64,000 nucleotides of DNA from Bacteroidales bacterium (GCA_032260385.1 JAVVEL010000006.1:37918-101917), one strand, 5' to 3'; numbered from the stretch's first letter, positions 41,468 through 51,777 are shown. Notes: a model not told the origin generated them from the letters alone. Program-made: numbers and translations.

Positions 41468-41613
41468 GTTGCTAAAATGATTTTAAGTGCCTAAAAATAT
41501 ATAATATTATCAAGCTGGTAAAACTAATTTGTTATTTGATCTGGGTCATTAAAAAAACCGGTTTCCTGACATTAATCATGTTATCGGGACTTGAGGATGT
41601 AAGCATTTTTTTA

Positions 41614-41621
41614 TACTTTTG
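41614..41621 (+). promoter_or_regulatory. -7 promoter box TACTTTTG upstream of pta
   Basis: Exact TAnnTTTG, 38 nt upstream of ATG 41659. Confidence 0.35.
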
Positions 41622-41658
41622 ATGAATTATCTTTTTCTTCATAATTTACTGATATACA

Positions 41659-42654
41659 ATGAAATTAATAGATGACATAAAAGAAAAGGCCCGCCTGCTT
41701 AACAGACGCATAGTGCTGCCTGAGAGTACCGAAGAAAGAACACTCAGGGCAGCAGACAGAATTATAGCTGAAAGTCTGGCAAGGATCATTCTGATAGGTA
41801 ACAGGGAAGAGATTTTAAAGCAGGCGCATGATTTAAAACTGGGGAATATAGAGAAGGCCGAAATAGTTGATCCCCTTAGCCACGAGAAAAAAGATCTTTA
41901 TGTGGATATAATGGTCGACATCAGGAAAAATAAAGGTCTTACCAGGGAGGAAGCACTGAAACTTATTGAAAATCCGCTTTACCTTTCAGTCCTGATGATA
42001 AAAAACGGAGATGCCGACGGGGAAGTGGCCGGTGCTGCCAATGCTACCGGTGATGTGCTGAGGCCGGCCTTCCAGTATGTTAAAACCAAACCAGGTATAT
42101 CGGTTGTCTCAGGTGCCTTTATTATGATACATCCTGACACTTCATTCGGCAATAAGGGGCTTATGGTATTTGCTGACTGTGCCGTTCATCCTGACCCCAA
42201 CGAGAAGGAACTGGCTGAAATAGCTGTTGCGACAGCCCGGACAGCGCAATCCATACTGGGTATGGAACCCAGGGTTGCAATGCTGAGCTTCAGTACCAAA
42301 GGCAGTGCAAAGCATGAAATGGTGGACAAGGTGGTCAATGCAACAAAAATAGCAAGGGAAATGGCTCCTGATATTGAGATCGACGGTGAACTGCAGGCCG
42401 ATGCTGCCCTGATAGAAGCCATAGGTAAGAAAAAAGCACCCGGAAGCAGCATTGCAGGAAGGGCAAATGTGCTCGTATTCCCATCACTGGATGTGGGTAA
42501 TATAGCATATAAACTGGTACAGCGCCTGGGTAATACGGAAGCGGTGGGGCCAATTCTGCAGGGCATGGCGGCCCCTATTAATGACCTTTCAAGGGGTTGC
42601 TCGGTGGATGATATAGTCAGCATGGTGGCAATTACTGCAACACAGTCTGCCTAG
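41659..42654 (+). CDS. pta: Phosphate acetyltransferase (short form)
   Basis: 331 aa PTA_PTB family ([16 protein letters not shown], ...GPILQG...NDLSRG), immediately upstream of ackA. Confidence 0.92.
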   Translation: MKLIDDIKEKARLLNRRIVLPESTEERTLRAADRIIAESLARIILIGNREEILKQAHDLKLGNIEKAEIVDPLSHEKKDLYVDIMVDIRKNKGLTREEALKLIENPLYLSVLMIKNGDADGEVAGAANATGDVLRPAFQYVKTKPGISVVSGAFIMIHPDTSFGNKGLMVFADCAVHPDPNEKELAEIAVATARTAQSILGMEPRVAMLSFSTKGSAKHEMVDKVVNATKIAREMAPDIEIDGELQADAALIEAIGKKKAPGSSIAGRANVLVFPSLDVGNIAYKLVQRLGNTEAVGPILQGMAAPINDLSRGCSVDDIVSMVAITATQSA

Positions 42655-42757
42655 CTTTTATGCAAACTCTGTTTTAAGTGGCCCACGGGCTCCCTATATT
42701 AAATTCTTATTAGTATATTGTCGTTCCTAAGTTTTATTCTCAAAATGTAAAATAATT

Positions 42758-43981
42758 ATGGTAATTCTCGTCCTCAATTGCGGTAGCTCTTCTATTAAAT
42801 ACCAGGTCTTCAATGTTAGCAATGGCGCTGAAGTTATGGCCAGGGGCCTTGTTGAACGTATAGGTCTTATGGATAGTATTCTCACTCACAAGCCTGCCGG
42901 TAAAGATCCTTATAAGACTGTTACTGATATACCCGACCATACCATCGGCATAAACCTGGTTATAGAAGCTCTTACACATAAGCAATGGGGCGTTATTAAA
43001 GATGTGAAGGATATTATTGCTGTTGGCCACAGGGTGGCACACGGTGGAGAAAATTTTACCGAAAGCGTGCTCATCGATAATAAGGTAAAAAAAGATATCG
43101 AAAGGTGTGGTGAGCTGGCTCCCCTCCATAACCCTGCCAACCTGAAGGGTATACTGTCTGTGGAAAAGCTGGTGCCCGGGGTGCCCCAGGTGGCTGTTTT
43201 TGATACATCCTTCCACCAGACTATGCCGGATTATGCCTATATGTATGCTATCCCTTATGAATATTATATAAAGTACAAGATCCGCAAATACGGTTTTCAT
43301 GGCACAAGTCATAAGTTTGTAGCTAAAAAAGCTGCAGACATACTGGGACGGGATTTCAAAAGCCTCAAAATAATAACCTGCCACCTTGGTAACGGTGCCT
43401 CTGTGGCTGCAATTAAGGATGGTAAATCAATTGATACATCTATGGGATTTACTCCTGTGGACGGGCTTATTATGGGAACAAGGACGGGAGAAATTGATCC
43501 CGGAGTACTCATTTATATAGCCGATAAAGAGGATCTTAACGTACAGGGTGTAAGCAATATGATAAATAAGAAAAGCGGGGTAATGGGTATTAGCAATATT
43601 TCATCTGATATGCGTGACCTTGAGCTGGCGGCAGCCTCAGGTAATAATAGAGCTGTACTCGCCCTGGATATGTATGCCTATAAAGTCAAAAAATTCATAG
43701 GAGCTTATATCGCAGCTCTTAACGGACTTGATTTGCTTGTTTTTACGGGGGGAGTGGGTGAGAATGATTTTAACGTCAGAAAGATGATATGCTCCGATAT
43801 GGAATACCTGGGTATTGAGTTTGACAGTGAGATAAACCATGAGAAAAAGAGCCAGGATTTGGTCATATCAAAACCTTCGTCCAGAGTGAAAGTTATGGTT
43901 GTTACAACAAATGAAGAACTGGTTATAGCAACTGATACAAAGAATATTGTTACATCTAAGAAAAAAATTAATACAGACTAA
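42758..43981 (+). CDS. ackA: Acetate kinase
   Basis: VLNCGSSSIKYQ, HRVAHGG, FDTSFHQTMP, GFHGTSH, HLGNGAS and FTGGVGEN. Confidence 0.96.
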   Translation: MVILVLNCGSSSIKYQVFNVSNGAEVMARGLVERIGLMDSILTHKPAGKDPYKTVTDIPDHTIGINLVIEALTHKQWGVIKDVKDIIAVGHRVAHGGENFTESVLIDNKVKKDIERCGELAPLHNPANLKGILSVEKLVPGVPQVAVFDTSFHQTMPDYAYMYAIPYEYYIKYKIRKYGFHGTSHKFVAKKAADILGRDFKSLKIITCHLGNGASVAAIKDGKSIDTSMGFTPVDGLIMGTRTGEIDPGVLIYIADKEDLNVQGVSNMINKKSGVMGISNISSDMRDLELAAASGNNRAVLALDMYAYKVKKFIGAYIAALNGLDLLVFTGGVGENDFNVRKMICSDMEYLGIEFDSEINHEKKSQDLVISKPSSRVKVMVVTTNEELVIATDTKNIVTSKKKINTD

Positions 43982-43982
43982 C

Positions 43983-44885
43983 ATGACCCTGAAAAAGTTA
44001 AGTGAGCTGCAGAAATTACTTGACAATAAACCTGTTAAGCGCGTTGCCCTGGCGGCAGCACACGATAGCCAGTCTCTTGGGGCCGTCCTGAAAGCCGCAA
44101 CCAATAAATTTATACAACCTGTCCTTATCGGTGATGAAAAAGAAATAAGAAGACTGGCCCGGGAAGCTAATCAGAACCTCGATGGAATTAAGATTATAAA
44201 TGAACCTGATGTAGAAAAAACTTCAGAAATAGCAGTCAAAATGGTGCATAACAGGGAGGCCGATGTACTGATGAAGGGGAAAGTGGGTACATCTACACTG
44301 CTGAAGCATTTACTTGATAAAAACTGGGGATTGAGAACCGGGAACCTCCTGTCGCATTTTGCTATTTTCGAGGTGAAAACCTACCATAAACTCATTGCCG
44401 TTACTGATGTTGCAATGAATATTTCACCTAACCTGCAAGAAAAAATATCAATTATAAATAATTCTGTATCATGCCTTAACATGCTTGGTATTGACATGCC
44501 TAAAGTGGCTGTCCTGGGTGCGGTGGAAATGGTCAATGAGAGCATGCAGGCTACACTCGATGCGGCCCTGCTATCCAAAATGAACCAGAGAGACCAGATT
44601 AAGAACTGTATTATCGACGGCCCTCTTGCCTTTGATAATGCAATCAGCCTTGAGAGTGCAATACACAAAGGAATTAAATCTGAAGTGGCCGGTGATACCG
44701 ACCTTTTGCTTATGCCCGACATTGAAGTGGGTAATGTGCTTTATAAATCCCTGGTTTTCTTTGCCAAAGCTAAAGTAGCCTCCGTTATTCTGGGCGCAGC
44801 AGCCCCCATTGTACTTACTTCGCGATCCGACAGCGAACAGGCAAAATATGATAGCCTGCTGCTGGCGGCTGCAACAGCAAAATAA
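43983..44885 (+). CDS. ptb: Phosphate butyryltransferase-like acyltransferase (PTA_PTB family), paralog 1
   Basis: About 300 aa PTA_PTB fold (VALAAAHDS..., MKGKVGTS, GPLAFDNA, IVLTSRSDS). Start moved to ATG 43983, 2 nt after the ackA stop. Confidence 0.83.
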   Translation: MTLKKLSELQKLLDNKPVKRVALAAAHDSQSLGAVLKAATNKFIQPVLIGDEKEIRRLAREANQNLDGIKIINEPDVEKTSEIAVKMVHNREADVLMKGKVGTSTLLKHLLDKNWGLRTGNLLSHFAIFEVKTYHKLIAVTDVAMNISPNLQEKISIINNSVSCLNMLGIDMPKVAVLGAVEMVNESMQATLDAALLSKMNQRDQIKNCIIDGPLAFDNAISLESAIHKGIKSEVAGDTDLLLMPDIEVGNVLYKSLVFFAKAKVASVILGAAAPIVLTSRSDSEQAKYDSLLLAAATAK

Positions 44886-44892
44886 ATAGTGT

Positions 44893-45807
44893 ATGATTAC
44901 ATCACTGGAACAACTCGCTGATATAGTAAAAGATCAAAAGGTAAAACCAAAACTGGCTGTTACCTGGGCCCAGGATGAAAATACCCTTGGGGCAGTGGAA
45001 AAAGCAGTAAGAGCCAATATGATCGAAGCATGGCTCTTTGGCGACAGGTCACGGATTGAAGAGCTGGCACGTAAACTTCGCCTCGACCTTGATCTTTTTA
45101 AGCTGCAGCATGTTAATAATGAAACAGAAGCAGCCCGGGAGACAGTGAGGCTTGTGAAATCCGGTGAGGCTGATATCCTGATGAAAGGCCTCATAGGTAC
45201 TGATAAATTCCTGAAAGCGGTACTTGACAAGGAAAAAGGACTGATGAAGCCAAAGGCTGTCCTTAGCTACGTTTGTGCCGTGGATGTGCCTGATTATCAT
45301 AAATTGCTTTTTATCACCGATACCGCGGTATTGCCCTTCCCTGATCTTGACCAGAAAGTGGCAATGGCCGAATATGCAATCGAAATGGCAGGGAAATTCG
45401 GGATCAGTAAACCCAGGGTGGCACTAATAGGAGCTTCCGAGAAAATGAGTAAACATTTTCAGAATGCTGTTGATTATGCCATTATGTGCAAAATGGCTGA
45501 AAGAGGCCAGATAAGCCCATGCATAATGGACGGCCCACTCGATGTTTTTCTCGCCTGCGATAAAAAAAGCCTTGAAATTAAAGGTGTTGATACAACCATA
45601 GGCGGAGATGCCGACATCCTTCTTTTCCCTTCTCTTGAGGCCTGTAATCCATTTTATAAGGGGCTTATGCTTTTTGGAAGGGGAGAACTGGCAGGAATGC
45701 TCATGGGTACAGAGGTGCCTGTCGTATTAATGTCAAGAAGTGAAAGTGAAAAATCAAAATTCTATTGCATAGCCCTGTCATGCCTTATGTCAGGCAGAAA
45801 TAATTAG
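44893..45807 (+). CDS. Phosphate butyryltransferase-like acyltransferase (PTA_PTB family), paralog 2
   Basis: 304 aa with the same fold (LAVTWAQDE..., MKGLIGTD, GPLDVFLA, VVLMSRSES). It is a diverged paralog of the preceding gene. Confidence 0.83.
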   Translation: MITSLEQLADIVKDQKVKPKLAVTWAQDENTLGAVEKAVRANMIEAWLFGDRSRIEELARKLRLDLDLFKLQHVNNETEAARETVRLVKSGEADILMKGLIGTDKFLKAVLDKEKGLMKPKAVLSYVCAVDVPDYHKLLFITDTAVLPFPDLDQKVAMAEYAIEMAGKFGISKPRVALIGASEKMSKHFQNAVDYAIMCKMAERGQISPCIMDGPLDVFLACDKKSLEIKGVDTTIGGDADILLFPSLEACNPFYKGLMLFGRGELAGMLMGTEVPVVLMSRSESEKSKFYCIALSCLMSGRNN

Positions 45808-45821
45808 CTTAATATATTATT

Positions 45822-46895
45822 ATGGAACGACTGATACTGGCAGTAAACCCCGGATCTACATCAACCAAATTCGGACTTTACAGTGATGATAAAATAGTAT
45901 TTGACTCAACAATAAGACACAGCTCTGAAAAACTATCAGGCTTCGGTAGAATAAGTGAGCAGCTTTCCTTCAGAAAAGAATTGATAATTAAGGAACTGGA
46001 AAAACATGATATAGACATAAAGAAAATAAGTGTCGTTGTTGGAAGGGGAGGACTTCTTAAGCCTATTGAATCAGGTGTTTACCAGGTCAACCAACAGATG
46101 CTGAAAGAGCTGGAGCGAGCTGAGCGCGGCGAACATGCAAGTAACCTCGGAGGCTTGATTGCTGCTGAAATAGCAGGCGATATATCCGGGGCACTTGCCT
46201 TTATTGTCGACCCGGTTGTAGTTGATGAACTTGACGATGTGGCGCGCCTTTCCGGCCATCCCCTGCTGCAGCGTATCTCAATCTTTCATGCTCTGAACCA
46301 GAAGGCCGTGGCACGTTCATACGCAGAGTCAATAAATAAAGAGTATGAGGATCTGAACCTCATCGTTGCTCATATGGGCGGAGGTATCAGCGTGGGAGCT
46401 CATGTGAAAGGCAGGGTGGTGGACGTTAATAATGCACTGAACGGCGAAGGACCCTTCTCACCCGAAAGGTCGGGCACATTGCCGGTGGGACAACTGGTGA
46501 AACTATGCTTCAGTGGTGAATACTCCGAAAGGGAAGTGATGAAAATGATTAATGGCAACGGGGGAATGGTGGCTTATCTCGATACCAACAACTTTAAAGA
46601 GATATGCGAAAAAGCAGATTCCGGAGACAGGATGGCAAAACTGGTAAAGGAAGCATCATCATACCAGGTAGCGAAAGAAATAGCCGCCTGCGCCGCCGTA
46701 ATGAGGGGAGAGGTGGATGCCATAATACTGACAGGAGGAATGGCTTACGAAGATTCTCATAACGAATTTATCAGGGAAATGGTTGGCTTTATTGCCAATG
46801 TAGTGATATATCCGGGTGAAGATGAGTTGCAGGCACTGGCCCATAGCGGCTTTCTGGCACTGGATAAAAAAGTAAAAATCAAGGAATACAGGTAA
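45822..46895 (+). CDS. buk: Butyrate (short/branched-chain acyl) kinase
   Basis: ILAVNPGSTSTKF, AHMGGGISVGAH and ILTGGMAY; 357 aa ASKHA fold. Confidence 0.93.
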   Translation: MERLILAVNPGSTSTKFGLYSDDKIVFDSTIRHSSEKLSGFGRISEQLSFRKELIIKELEKHDIDIKKISVVVGRGGLLKPIESGVYQVNQQMLKELERAERGEHASNLGGLIAAEIAGDISGALAFIVDPVVVDELDDVARLSGHPLLQRISIFHALNQKAVARSYAESINKEYEDLNLIVAHMGGGISVGAHVKGRVVDVNNALNGEGPFSPERSGTLPVGQLVKLCFSGEYSEREVMKMINGNGGMVAYLDTNNFKEICEKADSGDRMAKLVKEASSYQVAKEIAACAAVMRGEVDAIILTGGMAYEDSHNEFIREMVGFIANVVIYPGEDELQALAHSGFLALDKKVKIKEYR

Positions 46896-46918
46896 AGCAT
46901 ATTTTGCCTCATTTCTTC

Positions 46919-47614
46919 TCAGGGATTACTAACCGAAACAGGTAAGACCTTACCATTAAAATATTTATTTCCCTCAAGGGCAAACCATCTTATGAATTCA
47001 GCCATCTCCTCAGCCTTTAAGGGTGCTTTGTAAGCCGGAAAGGCCTCTTCAAGCATTTCTGTCTGTACAGCCCCCAGTGCAAGGCAATTGAAAATTATTC
47101 CTTCCTTCTCATATTCCGAAGCAAGGCTCTCTGTCAGATTGGCCAGGGCAGCCTTCACCGCACTGTAAACAGACATCCCGGGATACCTTGAACTGCCCTG
47201 AAAACCACCCATGCTGCTAATGTTTATTATATGACTGCCCCGGTGAAACTTGCTGAATAAAGCTTTTATCAGTAACATGGGGCTCATAAAATTTGTTTCT
47301 GTCATTTGACTTATCTCCAAATAATCAAAATCCGTGAAAGGCCTGTGTATTAATAATCCTGCATTATTTATAAGTATGTCAATCTCTTTAAAATGAGAAT
47401 CAACATGTTTTAAGAAGGTCTCAGGACTCCGGAGGCTTTCATTAAGGTCAGTTGCTATGTAACTGATATTGTTGAATTCTGATTCGCCACAAAGCTTCTG
47501 AAGGAGAACTTCAGTCCTTGAAACAACCAGGATGCGGTTATCCCTGTCTGCAGCAAGCGAAACGGCTGTTTCCCTGCCTATACCCTTGCTTGCTCCGGTT
47601 ATTATGATATTCAT
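46919..47614 (-). CDS. SDR family oxidoreductase
   Basis: ITGASKGIG, NNAG and the catalytic YSAVKAA. Confidence 0.9.
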   Translation of the reverse strand: MNIIITGASKGIGRETAVSLAADRDNRILVVSRTEVLLQKLCGESEFNNISYIATDLNESLRSPETFLKHVDSHFKEIDILINNAGLLIHRPFTDFDYLEISQMTETNFMSPMLLIKALFSKFHRGSHIINISSMGGFQGSSRYPGMSVYSAVKAALANLTESLASEYEKEGIIFNCLALGAVQTEMLEEAFPAYKAPLKAEEMAEFIRWFALEGNKYFNGKVLPVSVSNP

Positions 47615-47723
47615 AAATTCTTGTACTTAAATTATCATTAATGCTAAAATTTGTATTATTGCAGACAAAGTTACATTTTTTAATCATCTGAGAGGATTGA
47701 ATCAGGCTTTATAAAAATTGGAA

Positions 47724-48308
47724 ATGAAAGCGGGTATCTGTAAATATTTCTTGTTTATTACAACAGTATTCTTTCTTTCGGTAATGAGCTGCATAGGGCA
47801 GCAGGTAAGCGAAAGAAGAAAAGCAGCCAGTCCTCCGCTGGCTGAACGGTTATTCTTTGGAGGTAGCTTTGGCCTGCAGTTTGGCACGATTACCAATATA
47901 GAACTGTCACCGGTTGTGGGGTTCTGGCTCCTGCCTCGTCTTGCTGTGGCTGCAGGTCCCAACTGGCAATACTATAAGGATCCGGTGGGAAAAACAAGCA
48001 TTTATGGAGGCAGAAGCTATCTGAGGTTTATGTTTGTTCAGGATTTCAACCGGATCATACCTCTGGGAATTAATTTCGGCTTATTCACACACGCTGAATA
48101 CGAAGCTCTTAGCCTGGACTATGATTTCTGGACGGGATATTCCACGGGTGGTTCACGTATATGGCAACATAATGCACTTGTAGGACTCGGATTCAGTCAG
48201 CCCATTGGCATGAAATCATCATTTAACATATCCTTTCTCTGGGTCATTACCGAAACGGAATACCAGTTATACGATAATCCGGAAATAAGGATAGATTTTC
48301 TCTTCTGA
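47724..48308 (+). CDS. Hypothetical small outer-membrane beta-barrel-like protein
   Basis: Signal peptide MKAGICKYFLFITTVFFLSVMSCIGQQ, alternating hydrophobic beta-strand pattern, and a C-terminal ...RIDFLF (aromatic terminal residue). An alternative TTG start lies at 47718. Confidence 0.55.
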   Translation: MKAGICKYFLFITTVFFLSVMSCIGQQVSERRKAASPPLAERLFFGGSFGLQFGTITNIELSPVVGFWLLPRLAVAAGPNWQYYKDPVGKTSIYGGRSYLRFMFVQDFNRIIPLGINFGLFTHAEYEALSLDYDFWTGYSTGGSRIWQHNALVGLGFSQPIGMKSSFNISFLWVITETEYQLYDNPEIRIDFLF

Positions 48309-48370
48309 CCGGGATATCCTATTATTGACTCAACCCTGAATTCCAGGGCTTCGCCTGGCTCATTACCCTC

Positions 48371-48399
48371 TCCCGGAAGCCCGGGATCGGTTTTCTCGG
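48371..48399 (+). terminator. Possible terminator hairpin TCCCGG-aagc-CCGGGA followed by a T-rich tract
   Basis: 6-bp GC stem with a 4-nt loop, 62 nt after the stop at 48308. The downstream tcggttttctcgg is only moderately T-rich. Confidence 0.3.
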
Positions 48400-48454
48400 T
48401 TCTGTCATTCTGGCTTGTGAAAACATTTTAATTGGCAGATTGCTACTTAATCAT

Positions 48455-48462
48455 TACTTTTG
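48455..48462 (+). promoter_or_regulatory. -7 promoter box TACTTTTG upstream of the FKBP gene
   Basis: Exact TAnnTTTG, 33 nt upstream of ATG 48495. Confidence 0.35.
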
Positions 48463-48494
48463 GCCACTTTAAAACAAATTAAACAGGAAATTTT

Positions 48495-49025
48495 ATGGTA
48501 ATTGAAAAAGACAGGATGGTATCTCTCAAGTACGTATTGAGAGAAGGCAGCAAAGAGGGTGATATTGTTGAGGAGGTTAACAATGATAATCCCCTCGAAT
48601 TTCTTTATGGAGCAGGGCAGATGCTACCTCATTTTGAATCAAATATTCAAAACCTGGCTGAAGGTGATAAGTTCGAGTTCAAACTTACTTCCGATCAGGC
48701 TTATGGAGATAAGAGGGAGGAGCTGGTAGTAGACCTTCCAATGTCGGTTTTTGAAATTGATGGGAAAGTTGATGAAAACCTGCTGAAGAAAGGTAACCAG
48801 GTACCAATGGCCGATGCCCAGGGGAGGAGGCTGTTGGGTATAGTACTGTCACATACTGATACCTCAGTTAAGATGGACTTCAACCATCCAATGGCAGGTG
48901 CTGAATTGCATTTCACAGGAGAAATACTTGATGTACGGGAAGCGACCAGTGATGAGTTAAACCAGTACAATTCCGGCGGTTGCAGTACATGTGGCAGTCA
49001 TGATGCTTGCTCGGAAAATTGCTAG
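48495..49025 (+). CDS. slyD: FKBP-type peptidyl-prolyl isomerase, SlyD-like, with Cys-rich C-terminal tail
   Basis: FKBP core with an insert-in-flap architecture (VSLKYVLREG..., LEFLYGAGQMLPHFE, MDFNHPMAG..LHF). The tail is GGCSTCGSHDACSENC. Confidence 0.85.
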   Translation: MVIEKDRMVSLKYVLREGSKEGDIVEEVNNDNPLEFLYGAGQMLPHFESNIQNLAEGDKFEFKLTSDQAYGDKREELVVDLPMSVFEIDGKVDENLLKKGNQVPMADAQGRRLLGIVLSHTDTSVKMDFNHPMAGAELHFTGEILDVREATSDELNQYNSGGCSTCGSHDACSENC

Positions 49026-49148
49026 TAGATTGTTTTTTGAATTTTATGCTGTATAATATCCCGGACTAATTCATGGGATGATTATTATTCCTAATTTTAG
49101 GCGATTTGAATAAATATGAATATTCTGAAATAAGATTATGATATTTAT

Positions 49149-50459
49149 ATGAAGCTGAAAAAGAAAAAATATCCCCTCTGGGTAAAGATAATCTTCGGGA
49201 TGATACTTGGCATAATCTGGGGTCTTATTGCCGTAGAAACCGGGCTTGATAAATTTACCGAAAATTGGGTTAAACCCTGGGGAACAATCTTTATAAAGCT
49301 TCTTAAACTGGTCGCTGTTCCCCTTATTTTCGTATCCCTGGTCAAGGGAATAAGCAGTATAACTGATATTACCAAACTGTCAAGGATTGGCCTGAAAACC
49401 GTTGGCCTTTATATGGCTTCTACCGTTATCGCCATTGTCTTCGGACTTGTCCTTGTAAATACAGTAAAACCCGGGCATTCGTTCAGCCAGGAGACGCGAC
49501 AGGAATTTCAGTCCCAGTATGAAAACAATGTAAAGGATTCAGAAGATATAGCCGGTCTTGTCAGGGAAAGGCCACCCCTTGCCTTTTTCGAGGATATGGT
49601 TCCCGATAATATTTTTGCTGCAAGTGCCGATAATTCGAATATGCTCCAGGTTATATTCTTCTCAATACTCTTCGCCATAGCCATTATTGTCCTTGAAGCA
49701 AAAAAGGTAACAGTAATAAAGGAACTTTTTGACGGGCTGAATGATATTATCCTTAAAATAGTGGATATTATCATGCGTTTTGCGCCCATCGGTGTTTTTG
49801 CCCTGCTCTCTGCCCTTATAACAGAATTTTCAGGTGATGTGCAGCTCTTTGTTGCCCTGGGTAAATATGCTGCACTTACCATTGTTGGCCTCCTGTTGAT
49901 GATATTCGGCCTTTATCCACTCTATATCAGGTTATTTACTAAAATTAAACCAGGGGACTTCTATAAGAATCTGTTACCGGTCCAGATGGTGGCCTTTTCA
50001 ACCAGCTCAAGCGCTGCGACACTGCCGGTTACCCTTAAGCAATGTACGGAAAAACTGAAGATATCAAAGAGCGTCGCAAATTTTGTTCTTCCGGTGGGAG
50101 TAACAATTAATATGGATGGCTCATCCTTTTATCAGGCAATATCTGCTGTCTTTATAGCCCAGGTTTTTGGTCTTGGCCTTGACATAGGCCAGCAACTAAC
50201 CATTGTCCTTACAGCCCTGCTGGCATCCATCGGAGCTCCCGGAGTGCCCGGAGGGGCGGTGATAATGCTGGTTATTGTGCTGAGCTCCGTGGGTATTCCC
50301 GCAGAAGGACTTGCCCTTATTATGGGTGTGGAACGACCTCTTGACATGATCCGCACTGTTGCTAACGTTACCGGTGACGCTGCCATGACAAGCATAGTAG
50401 CATCCACTGAAAATGAGATCGGGGTGGAAGAAGCTGATGATAATGACGATGACCTGTAA
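49149..50459 (+). CDS. Dicarboxylate/amino acid:cation symporter (DAACS/GltP family), copy 1
   Basis: FSTSSSAATLP, VGVTINMDG and DMIRTVANVTGDA; 436 aa polytopic. Confidence 0.92.
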   Translation: MKLKKKKYPLWVKIIFGMILGIIWGLIAVETGLDKFTENWVKPWGTIFIKLLKLVAVPLIFVSLVKGISSITDITKLSRIGLKTVGLYMASTVIAIVFGLVLVNTVKPGHSFSQETRQEFQSQYENNVKDSEDIAGLVRERPPLAFFEDMVPDNIFAASADNSNMLQVIFFSILFAIAIIVLEAKKVTVIKELFDGLNDIILKIVDIIMRFAPIGVFALLSALITEFSGDVQLFVALGKYAALTIVGLLLMIFGLYPLYIRLFTKIKPGDFYKNLLPVQMVAFSTSSSAATLPVTLKQCTEKLKISKSVANFVLPVGVTINMDGSSFYQAISAVFIAQVFGLGLDIGQQLTIVLTALLASIGAPGVPGGAVIMLVIVLSSVGIPAEGLALIMGVERPLDMIRTVANVTGDAAMTSIVASTENEIGVEEADDNDDDL

Positions 50460-50472
50460 ACAAATATAGATT

Positions 50473-51777
50473 ATGTGGAAACGTCTGCCTCTGTGGGCTA
50501 AGATAATTATTGGAATGGCACTCGGCCTCATCTGGGGGATGATAGCTACCAGGACAGGCCTGAACAAGTTTACAATTGACTGGATAAAGCCCTGGGGGAC
50601 AATATTCCTTAAACTGCTGAAGCTTATTGCAGTGCCGCTTATCTTTGTCTCCCTGGTAAAAGGTATATCAAGCCTTACCGATATCTCCAAACTTTCCAGG
50701 ATAGGAGTGAAGACTATCACTTACTATATGGTTTCCACTTTGATAGCCACCACATTCGGTTTATTACTTGTAAATACCGTTAAACCAGGAAATACCTTCC
50801 CTGAAGAAAAAAGAGCAGAATTCATGGCCAAATGGCAGGGAACAATAGATGAGAGCCAGCTCCTTGCCGAATCAAGCGATCATTCACCACTCAGGTTTAT
50901 TGAAGATATTGTACCTGATAATATAATCTCAGCTATGGGTGATAATTCCCAGATGCTGCAGATTATCTTTTTTGCCATACTTTTTGCAGTTTCCATGGTC
51001 CTGGTGAAGGAAAGCCAGGTAAAAACCGTAAAATATATCTTTGACGGACTGAATGATATAATAATAAAGATTATAGAGCTGATAATGCTGTTCGCTCCCT
51101 ATGGGGTTTTTGCCCTGCTTGCAGGCGTTGTAGTTGATTTTGCGGGGGATACCGATATCTTTGTGGCCCTGGGAAAGTATTTTGTAACGGTTATGGTAGG
51201 TTTGTTTGTACTGATCCTTGTGCTATATCCAACCTATCTGAAAATATTTACAAGAAAAATATCCGTGGGTAAATTCCTGAAAGCAGTGCTGCCTGCCCAG
51301 ATGGTAGCCTTCTCCACAAGCTCAAGTGCTGCAGCCCTGCCTGTAAATATGAGACAGAATACCGAAGAACTGGGCGTTTCGGAAGAAGTTGCCAATTTTG
51401 TTCTTCCCGTAGGCGTTACCATAAATATGGATGCAACAGCCTTCTACCAGTCGGTAGCAGCGGTTTTTATCGCCCAGGTCTATGGTATAGACCTTACAAT
51501 TGCCCAGCAGATTACCATTGTCCTGATGGCAACAATGTCATCCATCGGATCACCGGGCGTTCCCGGCGGTAGCATAGTGCTGGTTATTATGGTGCTTACC
51601 TCAGTCGGCCTGCCCGTGGAAGGCCTGGCCCTGATTCTCGGGGTAGACCGGCCGCTGGATATGCTGAGGTCATCAGTTAATATAACAGGGGACTCCACAA
51701 TAGCAAATATTATTAATTACAGTGAACAGAAAAGAAATAATAAATTAGTAATAAGTACACCGGACCCTCAGCTATAA
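50473..51777 (+). CDS. Dicarboxylate/amino acid:cation symporter (DAACS/GltP family), copy 2
   Basis: FSTSSSAAALP, VGVTINMDA and DMLRSSVNITGDS. Collinear with copy 1 along its whole length. Confidence 0.92.
   Translation: MWKRLPLWAKIIIGMALGLIWGMIATRTGLNKFTIDWIKPWGTIFLKLLKLIAVPLIFVSLVKGISSLTDISKLSRIGVKTITYYMVSTLIATTFGLLLVNTVKPGNTFPEEKRAEFMAKWQGTIDESQLLAESSDHSPLRFIEDIVPDNIISAMGDNSQMLQIIFFAILFAVSMVLVKESQVKTVKYIFDGLNDIIIKIIELIMLFAPYGVFALLAGVVVDFAGDTDIFVALGKYFVTVMVGLFVLILVLYPTYLKIFTRKISVGKFLKAVLPAQMVAFSTSSSAAALPVNMRQNTEELGVSEEVANFVLPVGVTINMDATAFYQSVAAVFIAQVYGIDLTIAQQITIVLMATMSSIGSPGVPGGSIVLVIMVLTSVGLPVEGLALILGVDRPLDMLRSSVNITGDSTIANIINYSEQKRNNKLVISTPDPQL

Noticed and set aside
41536-41549. FNR/CRP-like site TTGATCTGGGTCAT upstream of pta
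   Set aside because: The first half-site matches TTGAT, but the second (GTCAT versus ATCAA) matches at only 3 of 5 positions. A single imperfect site is not enough evidence.
42740-43384. 214-aa minus-strand ORF antisense to ackA
   Set aside because: It overlaps the motif-rich 5' half of acetate kinase. It has no domain signature and no separate promoter or terminator context.
50196-50720. 174-aa minus-strand ORF across the junction of the two DAACS genes
   Set aside because: It is antisense to two well-supported transporter genes and has no recognisable features.
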